Shown one piece after another: positions 21,592 through 29,369 of a DNA stretch of 64,000 nucleotides. The translations under genes were made by a program, and so were the position numbers. Source of the stretch: a virus (Duplodnaviria; Caudoviricetes). The stretch lies in IMG/VR virus record IMGVR_UViG_3300038443_002533, positions 1-64,000 of that record; one strand, given 5' to 3'. Below the pieces are notes generated by a model. The model saw nothing but the letters and a program-made list of their open reading frames with translations, ran no database searches and had not been told where the DNA came from. Positions within the stretch are counted from its first letter, which is position 1; each line of letters begins with the position of its first letter.

Positions 21592-21644
21592 CAACCGCAA
21601 TGCCGGCCGTAGCTTACCAGGCGCACCTACCGGCGTTGCGGTTG
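21592..21644 (+). other. 15-bp RNA hairpin
   Basis: CAACCGCAATGCCGG (21592-21606) pairs with CCGGCGTTGCGGTTG (21630-21644) with one U-G pair; 23-nt loop; followed by TTCTTCCT. Confidence 0.7.
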
Positions 21645-21870
21645 TTCTTCCTGAAAATCAATTGAGCGGTAATTGTGGATGACCGTGGTTGCTCATCCGC
21701 AGTAAGCTTGGTTGGGGGTAAAACGCTACCCTGTGAGTCGCTGTCGCGGCATGCGTGAGAATACCCGAAGCGGGAAAAGTGTGAGCCATGATTCCTCCCA
21801 GTCATTCCCCTAACTCGCTTCTGGTTGCAGTAACCTTCTGGCCCGTGGAGACATCGGCCAGTTGTAAGAA

Positions 21871-22025
21871 AGAGTGTTGCCAGAGTGGTTAAATGGTAAC
21901 GCGGTACAAGACAGCAAGGGTGGCTACCGTGAGCCGAAAATCTCGTTTGACAACAAACGAGCACCTGATCCTCTTCAAGAGGCCGAGGCCCTTCAATCTC
22001 GTGAGTTCGAATCTCACACACTCTT
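21871..22025 (+). ncRNA. tRNA-like RNA (155 nt) with a large multi-helix insert in place of the anticodon arm
   Basis: Perfect 7-bp acceptor AGAGTGT/ACACTCT; Ser/Leu-type D arm T8G9-CCA-GAGTGGTTAAA-TGG; perfect T arm GTGAG-TTCGAAT-CTCAC; ~104 nt between D and T arms; no encoded CCA. Confidence 0.75.
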
Positions 22026-22069
22026 TTGAAAATCCTAGCAAGTGATGCTGCTTCGTACCTCTTAAATGA

Positions 22070-22290
22070 AAAAGGTTGCTACCCATGGAGGGTACCAGCC
22101 CGGTAAGGAGTCACGTTCCAAGGTCCGGAGAAATCCGGTATATCACCGTGAGAAATCACGCGGTCTTGGATGAGCTAGGTGACAGATGAATCGGTTCCGA
22201 CTGATTCACTCTGGCTAAGGTGACAAGGTCCCCTGGACCCTGCGGACACCTTTTCGGATCCACCAGTTGCATGGCCAGAACCCACCGCTA
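22070..22290 (+). ncRNA. Highly structured non-coding RNA candidate
   Basis: TCCAAG/CTTGGA closes two GAAA-capped hairpins (CCGGA-GAAA-TCCGG; GTGA-GAAA-TCAC); also CAGA-TGAATC/GATTCA-TCTG, AAGGTG/CACCTT enclosing GGTCC/GGACC, and TACCC/GGGTA; no credible ORF. Confidence 0.6.
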
Positions 22291-22296
22291 GTAGAA

Positions 22297-22340
22297 ACCA
22301 CCTCAGCCTCCGGGCTGGGGTGGTCTTCTATGACCTTTTC
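22297..22340 (+). terminator. Strong Rho-independent terminator closing the ncRNA locus
   Basis: ACCACCTCAGCC-TCCG-GGCTGGGGTGGT followed by CTTCTATGACCTTTTCTTTTTTTTT. Confidence 0.85.
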
Positions 22341-22456
22341 TTTTTTTTTGTTTATAGGCGTTTTGAGGCTGTCGTTATGTGTGGATGACAGAAGTTACTC
22401 ACGTCAATAGAAAACCCCGTATAACGCGTTCTAGTCTTTCCTAACGGCATAATACG

Positions 22457-22483
22457 CCTCCTTCCCCATGACGGGGAAGGAGG
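22457..22483 (-). terminator. Hairpin downstream of the tail tube gene
   Basis: CCTCCTTCCCC/GGGGAAGGAGG with outer ATACG/CGTAT; flanked by CGGCATA (TATGCCG on the minus strand). Confidence 0.7.
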
Positions 22484-22501
22484 GACGTATGTCGTGTTGA
22501 A

Positions 22502-23395
22502 TTACACGTTGACTTGACGCTGTGCCACGGCATCCACGCTGGCACCGTAACCAACCAGGTTCGCAGCTTTGACGTCGGCCGAGATCTGGTCGATCATGGC
22601 TTGACGCATCATCGGGTTGGCCCCGACGTAGTTGACCGTGTTCAGGATCTGCTGGGCAAAAGCATCCACGCCAGCGCCGACTTGTTGCAGTGCGGTGAAC
22701 TGGACGTCGACGTTCAGCGTTTGCATGTCCTGGGTCTTGTCAGCCGAACCGACGATGTCGCCGGTGCCTTCCGGCATCATGTTGAAGCACAGGAAGGCTT
22801 GTTCGACTTTGCGGCCGTACGGATCCGGTTCGATGTAGAGCACCGTCGCGGTGGTCATGTCGCCCAGGTTGTCCGTCACTTCACCCGACGCATATGCGGC
22901 TTGGAAGGCGGCCAGGGTGGAGACCATCGGGAACTTGGTGTCCGGGTCCATGCCCGCGTACAGCAGCCACGCTTCCAGGAAACGCTGGATCGGACGACCG
23001 AAGCGTTCCAGGTAGGTATGCTTCGGCTTGGACTCGGCGCGCTTCATGTTCACCAGGTCTTGCTGGGTTTGACCCGAGCCACCGTACGGGTTCTGAGCGA
23101 ACTCAGCGGTCAGGCCGCGGTTCAGGCCTTCGACGTTGAGCCACTGGGTTTCGATCAGGGCGCGCAGGCACGCCACGAACTTGTCACCATTCGGGAAGTA
23201 CTTGAACAGCTTCGGGGCTTCGATCAGGATCGGGATGAGGTGACGACGGACGTACGCTTGGTTGTTGACCCAAGCCGCATTGTCCGGTGCCCAACCCATC
23301 TGGCCGCCATAGGTCAGATCGACCATGGGTGCCTGTGCTCCCAGCCCGTACGCTGTGCCAGCCTGAAGAATGGCACCATTAGGACGAGTAGTCAT
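22502..23395 (-). CDS. Tail tube protein (phiKZ gp30-like, 297 aa)
   Basis: Directly follows the sheath gene; strong codon bias; size and order typical of the phiKZ sheath-tube pair. Confidence 0.75.
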   Translation of the reverse strand: MTTRPNGAILQAGTAYGLGAQAPMVDLTYGGQMGWAPDNAAWVNNQAYVRRHLIPILIEAPKLFKYFPNGDKFVACLRALIETQWLNVEGLNRGLTAEFAQNPYGGSGQTQQDLVNMKRAESKPKHTYLERFGRPIQRFLEAWLLYAGMDPDTKFPMVSTLAAFQAAYASGEVTDNLGDMTTATVLYIEPDPYGRKVEQAFLCFNMMPEGTGDIVGSADKTQDMQTLNVDVQFTALQQVGAGVDAFAQQILNTVNYVGANPMMRQAMIDQISADVKAANLVGYGASVDAVAQRQVNV

Positions 23396-23460
23396 TTATA
23401 TACCTTTTAAAGTAAAGCAACCCAGCTCACGCCGGGTTGCCGAGGTCAATGCAGGAAAAC

Positions 23461-25548
23461 TTAGGCAGCGTTGGCCAGGTCTTCGGCGCGGTACGATTCG
23501 ATGGTCAGCGACTGGACCGAACGCATCGGCGAAGCACCCAGCTTGACCTTGGTGGTCCAGCTGTAGCCACGCAGATCGTCATCCGCCGTGAACTCCGTCG
23601 ACACGATGATCGTGAAGCGGTTGTCGAACTTGTCCTTCACCGCCGCCATGTAGGCCGCGTTGATACGCTCGACCAGCTGCTCTTTGGTCAGGTCGCTGCG
23701 ACCGGTGAAGTCGCGGTGCACCTTCTCGCCGAGCGACACCAGTTGGGCGCACGCGAACGCCGTGATCGCCGAGTTGAGCACCGAAGTGTCGTCTGCGTAC
23801 ACGGTTTGGAATTGCGGGAAGTACATCATGTCCATCGTGTACGGCTCCGGCCATACCAGACCTGCATCCCAGTCCTTGTAGCGTGCGTTGGCCGGGCGGA
23901 ACACCACGTTCAGATCGCGCAGCTGCGTGACTTGGTTGTTCGGGCTGACGTCGGGCTTGTACTTCGAGACCCACTTGCCGTTCGAGGCACCCATGTAGAG
24001 CGACCAGGCGTATGCGCGGTCGATCGACGCCGGGATCGTGCCCGCGTAGTTGCTGTTGAGCAGGTAACCCGAACCCCCGATGATCGCTGCACGCACCGTC
24101 GGGGTAGCGTACATCGACGATTCCGGGAAGTTCTGGAGCGTCGACAGCAGCGTGATCGCGACCGAACGTTCTTGGTCGTCGGTCAGGTCCGGCCCGCCGA
24201 CTTGGTGGGTGGCCGCCATGACGAAGGTGTTCTTGCGCACGGCGATGAAGTTGGCCATGGTCTTCTTCACGTCGAGCGGGAAGCCCGAGTCCCAGAAAAT
24301 GTTTTCCGGGTTGTTGACCGAGTCCTGACGCTGGCTGTTCTTGTCGCCGTACTCCAGCAGCTTGGCTTTCACCAGGGCCGCGAAGGTGTCGTTGTTCATC
24401 GTGCCGTCGCTGCCGCCTTGGGCGAACATCGTGGTCGACTGGGCCAGACGCACCGAGTTGGCTGCACCGGTGACCAGTTGGAACGTGTGGTACGGTGCAC
24501 CGTAGGACGACACAGCGGTGAACGGGTTGATACGATAGATTTCATCGTCTTCACCCATGATGTCCGAGAACTGGTCCATCGCCGGCAGTTCTGCCGTGTA
24601 GATCTTCGACAGGACGGTGGCGATGTTGGCATCGTACACCTTGATCTGGTCGAAGTCACCGATGGTCGGCGACAGGCCCGGGGTCGAGACGTCTTGCCAG
24701 TTACGGACGAAGATGTCACCGATGTACAGCTGGGCCGAGGTGTTGCGATCACGCAGGCCGGGCTTCAGCGAGAACGGGATAGCTTGGGCGCCGGTCAGGG
24801 TCGAGACGGCCGTGGCAGTGGTCAGGGCGTCGGGACGCGACATCACGGCCAGTTGGAACGGGTAGGCTTTCTGATCGGTGATCAGGCGGGTGTCGACTTG
24901 GACATTGGTCAGCTGGGTCAGGGCCCACAGCGAGATGCCCTTGTTGTTGCCCCATTCGCCTTCCGAGCTGACCATGAAGTCGAAGAACGGATAGCGGCTC
25001 GACTGGGTCGCATTGCCGCTGTCGACCTGGTCACCCACGGTGACTTGAGCGGCGCCGAAGTCGCGCACGCCGTCAATCGTCGGGATGGCTTCGACCACCC
25101 ACTTGCCCAGGTAACCGGCGACCTTGCTGTTGGTCGGGACCTTGTTACCGCTGCCGTCGATCTGGTACGTACCGTCAGCGTTACGCTGATAGTCTTGCAC
25201 TTGGGTGGCGAGCAGGTCGAGCGACAGGCGGAACGCCGCCGGCGGGTTCGCATCAGCGGGCAGCACGCGTTCCACCATCGAGGCATTGCCTGCCTTGTTG
25301 AACACGTTGTTGAACGCCGTCGCGTGGTTGAAGTACTTGTCCAGTTCGTCAAAAGTTTCTTGACCGAAAATCGTAGCGCGGCTGTCACCGACTACGAGGT
25401 AACTTTTACCTGGCTTCCCTTTGCGAGCAAAGAGAAACGATTTCGGCAGGTGGGATGGCTGATCGAGCGGTTGAGGATTCAGCATCCGACCAGACACATC
25501 GTGAATGCCGTTGTTATACGACATCGGTGTTGCGTTCGGAATGTTCAT
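23461..25548 (-). CDS. Contractile tail sheath protein (phiKZ gp29-like, 695 aa)
   Basis: Sheath-like motifs 'GGSDG', 'FWDSGFPLDVKK', 'KVHRDFTG'; strong codon bias; followed by the tube gene. Confidence 0.85.
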   Translation of the reverse strand: MNIPNATPMSYNNGIHDVSGRMLNPQPLDQPSHLPKSFLFARKGKPGKSYLVVGDSRATIFGQETFDELDKYFNHATAFNNVFNKAGNASMVERVLPADANPPAAFRLSLDLLATQVQDYQRNADGTYQIDGSGNKVPTNSKVAGYLGKWVVEAIPTIDGVRDFGAAQVTVGDQVDSGNATQSSRYPFFDFMVSSEGEWGNNKGISLWALTQLTNVQVDTRLITDQKAYPFQLAVMSRPDALTTATAVSTLTGAQAIPFSLKPGLRDRNTSAQLYIGDIFVRNWQDVSTPGLSPTIGDFDQIKVYDANIATVLSKIYTAELPAMDQFSDIMGEDDEIYRINPFTAVSSYGAPYHTFQLVTGAANSVRLAQSTTMFAQGGSDGTMNNDTFAALVKAKLLEYGDKNSQRQDSVNNPENIFWDSGFPLDVKKTMANFIAVRKNTFVMAATHQVGGPDLTDDQERSVAITLLSTLQNFPESSMYATPTVRAAIIGGSGYLLNSNYAGTIPASIDRAYAWSLYMGASNGKWVSKYKPDVSPNNQVTQLRDLNVVFRPANARYKDWDAGLVWPEPYTMDMMYFPQFQTVYADDTSVLNSAITAFACAQLVSLGEKVHRDFTGRSDLTKEQLVERINAAYMAAVKDKFDNRFTIIVSTEFTADDDLRGYSWTTKVKLGASPMRSVQSLTIESYRAEDLANAA

Positions 25549-25742
25549 TATGTCAGGTTCCTGTCGCTAATAATGAATGGTATGGTTTCGGTATTGTTTC
25601 GAAGTCGATGCCCAGCATCATAGAATCGTAAAAAAATACTGGAATAAAGAGTGCAAAGCTTCCAGTAATGTTAAAACAACCTGAGCGGACTCGACGTTGG
25701 TTCAACATACGATGTCGCCGCTGTAATAAGGATCCGTCAAAA

Positions 25743-26714
25743 ATGACAATCTACAACACAGCCTACCAAACGACGGCTTGTGCGAATTTCCGCATGCAGG
25801 ACATCGTCAGCGCTGTTCGCGAAGCTCAAGTACGTGACTGCCTGCCCAGTGCGGATGGGGTTGCGTATGTGGACGTCTCGACTGGTGCCAGTGGTCAAGT
25901 CAAAGCGTTCAAACACGCGCTGCTCGTGACCAAACACGATGTGCAAGCCATCCGGCATTCGAACGAACTCAAACTCGAACCCTTCCTGGCGATGGATGTG
26001 CGCGCTGCCGGTCGGTTCGATGTCACCACCAACCGTTTCAAAGTCACCAACTCGACCATGTATAAAAACCTGGTCTACCGGGCTGGCTTGACCGCCCTGT
26101 GGCTGTCCAACGGCGCGACCGCCTTCCGTGCCATCACCCCGATGGCAACCGGTATCTTCGCGGCTTGGCTGTCGGAAGCGATCGGCTTCAAGTACGCCCT
26201 GGACCCGAAAGCCAAGATCGAACTCATGATTGTGGCCGGCATCTTCTACCAATCGAACCATGTGGAAGGCATCGAGTTCGACCAGGGGAATGAAGACCGC
26301 TACCTGGCCGCGATTGCCAATGCGCTCAAGGTCAACGTCGTCGACGTCAAGCGCATCTACGCCCAGACCCAAGTCATCAGTTCGATCGAAGACTTCTGCA
26401 ACAAGGTCAAGCTGGTGCTGGGTAACATCCGGCTGGAGAACCTCAACCACGGTATCCTGATCACCCTGATGGGCAGCACCTGGGCCGGCGACAACGCGGT
26501 GGAACTCACGGCGGTGGCACTGGAACATCCGCCGACCTGGATTTCGCTGGTGTACGAAGCGGCCACCAACCTCGCGCTGAAGAAAGTCGGGTTGTCGCGC
26601 ATCGTCGAGCGCAGCCAGTACAAAGATGGGCTGGAACGCTTGGCCTCGATGCTCCGATCGAGCCTGCCGGAATCCTCGGAAAAAGTCATGCGTGAAGTCC
26701 CTGCCGGTCTGTAA
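25743..26714 (+). CDS. Virion structural protein (phiKZ gp28-like by synteny)
   Basis: Divergent from the sheath gene; probable start MTIYNTAYQTT at 25743; first of three genes preceding terminase. Confidence 0.6.
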   Translation: MTIYNTAYQTTACANFRMQDIVSAVREAQVRDCLPSADGVAYVDVSTGASGQVKAFKHALLVTKHDVQAIRHSNELKLEPFLAMDVRAAGRFDVTTNRFKVTNSTMYKNLVYRAGLTALWLSNGATAFRAITPMATGIFAAWLSEAIGFKYALDPKAKIELMIVAGIFYQSNHVEGIEFDQGNEDRYLAAIANALKVNVVDVKRIYAQTQVISSIEDFCNKVKLVLGNIRLENLNHGILITLMGSTWAGDNAVELTAVALEHPPTWISLVYEAATNLALKKVGLSRIVERSQYKDGLERLASMLRSSLPESSEKVMREVPAGL

Positions 26715-26723
26715 TTCCGCCTC

Positions 26724-26759
26724 CCACCATCTGGATCGCCCATGCGGTCTGGATGGTGG
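26724..26759 (+). terminator. 16-bp hairpin with three G-U pairs, then TATG and a T-run
   Basis: CCACCATCTGGATCGC-CCAT-GCGGTCTGGATGGTGG followed by TGTGTCTATGTTTTTTT. Confidence 0.7.
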
Positions 26760-26791
26760 TGTGTCTATGTTTTTTTCTTTGAAGGACCATC

Positions 26792-29359
26792 ATGGCTGAC
26801 TATTTGATTAAGCAAGCCATCCAAGACATTTGGTGCACCCCAGCCCAAGACCAGCAGAACGTCATCAAACTGGCCAAGATCACCCGCTATGGCGGGGTGT
26901 ACACCAAAGTCGACGTGATGTGGCGGCAATACACCTTGCCTGTGGCCGGTGCCCTGTTTCACTGTTACCAAATCGGCGGCATCTCGCCCAAGCAACTCGG
27001 GTTGACGATTCCTGCCAAACGCGGTTTGTGGATGTATGTCCCGACCGTGTGCGAAGCCGAAGAAACCATCGTCGACCTGTACACCGGCAATGGCCGGCAA
27101 TCCCCGCGTATTCTGGCCTGGTACATGGTGAGTGAAGACAATGACCTAGTGTTGGCGGTGCAGCAAAACGAAAAGGTCGAGATCGACTACAACACCGAAG
27201 ACCTGTACCTGCGGGTGTACCACAACGCCTACTTCGGGTCGGTGCGCCGTGATTTGGTTACCGATTACATTCAAGTGCGTGGCGGGGTGATGGGGAACAC
27301 GGACGATATCCTGGCCCTGCAAAACCAGTTCATCGCGGCGCGTCAACGCGGGCACGCCTACGCCTTCGTCAACGGGTACTTGGTGGATGACATCAACCTG
27401 CTGACGGTGGTACCGAACGATGTGGTCGAATTCGTGTACGATGGCTCGATCTATGCGATCGAAGATATTCACGTGGGTGACCTCAATGTGTTCGATAGCA
27501 CGCTGGATTTGAAGCGCAAATACCTGGTGCACCCGAACCAGTCGCTCAAGACCACCATCACGTACCAAGACGACATCGATGTGTTCCTGTACCAGTCCAA
27601 TGCCCAGGGTCAGTTCAAGGGCTTGTACTTCCACCGTAACCAAGTCGATGCAGTGCGCCAAGTCACCCATGCCGATTATGCGGTGACCGTGCCGTACGTG
27701 GAATCCTATCTGGCCACCCGACCGGACTGGAGCGACATCAACAATCTGACACTGCGTTTGCATCTGCGCAAATCAGGCTATCGTCGTCCGCTGCTCAATG
27801 AAGCCAACCGGATCAAAGACCTGTACACGCTGCCCGACGATTTGATTGTCAAGGCCATGATCGGGGTCGACGCGACGGTACCGGAATGGCAAGCGGCGAC
27901 GTTGGAAGCATCGGCCTACACCAAGATCATGCGGGCCTCGACCATGGAGATCACGGCGAGCCTGGTGCAAACCGCCCTCGGTTACAACTCGATGTCGCAA
28001 CTGCTGGCACCCACCCCGCAATTCGTCAAGAACATCTCGGGACTGGGGATCGTGCAAATCCCACCGAACCTGCAATACCGTTCGACGGTGTTCGAGTTCG
28101 ACTTCCAAGGGAATCTGCTGGGATGGTACCTGCATTCGCTCGGTGCGAGTTGGACCACCCGCAACCCCCTGACGTCCTTGGTCCAGATCATCTCGGGCTA
28201 TGGCCGGCGTGAGTTGGACGAGAAGTACGGGAACGGTGTGACGACGGTGGATAACAATCTGGATTACCGCATGTACAACTGCACCATCGTCAACGGTGAG
28301 CCAGACAACCTGTGGCGTGATGTGACCGACAGCGGGGCGTATGTGGCCACGGGCGGTAATCTGACCTGGCTGGTGAATCCGACCACGACTTACGGCATGG
28401 TACGCAGTAACCGTGACTTCCTGTGCTACAACTTGGCGCTGCCGATCCAAAGCGGGGTGTTGCAATTCTCGCTGACCTCGGACCAAGACCGTGGGCAGGG
28501 TTTCCAAAACACCATCATGCAAGTCCAGATGGGGGAACTCGATCTGTGGCTCAACAACAAAGCCCTGGTCGAAGGCATCGATTACATCGTGCAATTCCCG
28601 CGGGTGGTGATCATCAGCAAGCAATACATTCGTCCTGAGTTGGCTGCCCAGCAAATCACCGTGCGCTTCTGCGGCCATTGCAACAGTGACATGAGCCGCA
28701 CCATCACGGGGGACCGCGGGTTCGTCAGCCATGGGGTGTTGTCGAATAACCAGCGCTACGATATCCGGGCCGACAAGGTCTTGCATATCGCGGTGAATGG
28801 TGGCGTGTACGATCGCACTGAACTCACGTTTGCGGAAGACCACAGTGGGATCAACGTCGACGGGGTGCCGAATGGCTCACCTTACGTGATTCGCGATATC
28901 GTGGTGCCGATGCGCGGTACGACCAACGCGAAAACGTATGATCTGCGCGCCCAAGCCTTGGTGACCGACCAACATGTGTCGGATTATCTGACAGCACACT
29001 TACCGCAACCGAGTTACACCCAGCCCAGCCCCATCACGGAGCGGTACCCTGTCTACAGCCCGTTCGTCTCCGCATTGATCGACGATCTGGCCAGCCACGT
29101 GTTTGTCGACAGCCGCATGTTCAATCATTACAACGATGACGATGTACGTGACATGTGTCGGTATTACGAGCAGTTCCTGGCGTTTGATCCGACCCGTGAT
29201 CCGAACAAAGCGAACGACAACTACGTGAGTGTGCAAGCTTACTACAAAGACACTGTGACCAACCTCGGGCTCTTCGAGTACCGGTTCTTGGCACGGGCGG
29301 TGTCGCTTTACTTAAATAATGCTGTCTCACTGTCCGAATTCGTGACCGTGACGGCGTAA
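26792..29359 (+). CDS. Virion structural/baseplate protein (phiKZ gp27-like by synteny, 855 aa)
   Basis: Long beta-rich ORF with GAAGGA SD in the conserved sheath-terminase block. Confidence 0.6.
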   Translation: MADYLIKQAIQDIWCTPAQDQQNVIKLAKITRYGGVYTKVDVMWRQYTLPVAGALFHCYQIGGISPKQLGLTIPAKRGLWMYVPTVCEAEETIVDLYTGNGRQSPRILAWYMVSEDNDLVLAVQQNEKVEIDYNTEDLYLRVYHNAYFGSVRRDLVTDYIQVRGGVMGNTDDILALQNQFIAARQRGHAYAFVNGYLVDDINLLTVVPNDVVEFVYDGSIYAIEDIHVGDLNVFDSTLDLKRKYLVHPNQSLKTTITYQDDIDVFLYQSNAQGQFKGLYFHRNQVDAVRQVTHADYAVTVPYVESYLATRPDWSDINNLTLRLHLRKSGYRRPLLNEANRIKDLYTLPDDLIVKAMIGVDATVPEWQAATLEASAYTKIMRASTMEITASLVQTALGYNSMSQLLAPTPQFVKNISGLGIVQIPPNLQYRSTVFEFDFQGNLLGWYLHSLGASWTTRNPLTSLVQIISGYGRRELDEKYGNGVTTVDNNLDYRMYNCTIVNGEPDNLWRDVTDSGAYVATGGNLTWLVNPTTTYGMVRSNRDFLCYNLALPIQSGVLQFSLTSDQDRGQGFQNTIMQVQMGELDLWLNNKALVEGIDYIVQFPRVVIISKQYIRPELAAQQITVRFCGHCNSDMSRTITGDRGFVSHGVLSNNQRYDIRADKVLHIAVNGGVYDRTELTFAEDHSGINVDGVPNGSPYVIRDIVVPMRGTTNAKTYDLRAQALVTDQHVSDYLTAHLPQPSYTQPSPITERYPVYSPFVSALIDDLASHVFVDSRMFNHYNDDDVRDMCRYYEQFLAFDPTRDPNKANDNYVSVQAYYKDTVTNLGLFEYRFLARAVSLYLNNAVSLSEFVTVTA

Positions 29360-29369
29360 TGGAGCAACC

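Noticed and set aside
21970-21982. CCTC-TTCAA-GAGG as a selenocysteine (UCA) anticodon arm
   Set aside because: Stem and loop geometry do not give a 5-6 bp stem with a 7-nt loop; acceptor and D arms are not tRNA-Sec-like; the hairpin is in the wrong position.
21871-22025. tmRNA or intron-containing tRNA interpretation
   Set aside because: A true D arm is present, there is no G-U alanine identity pair or tag ORF, and 155 nt is too short; no excision that I could find restores a canonical anticodon stem.
21614-22086. ORFs 21614-22021(-) and 21889-22086(-)
   Set aside because: No SD, atypical codons; they overlap the tRNA-like fold, whose U-G pairs indicate a + strand RNA.
16746-22146. TATATCAC copies at 16746 (inside vRNAP beta) and 22139 (inside the structured RNA)
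   Set aside because: They lack the upstream AT-rich box and intergenic context of the other copies; may be chance.
22270-22290. CCAGAACCC resembling the 3' conserved segment of RNase P RNA
   Set aside because: The matching 5' GAGGAAAGUCC element and other conserved regions are absent.
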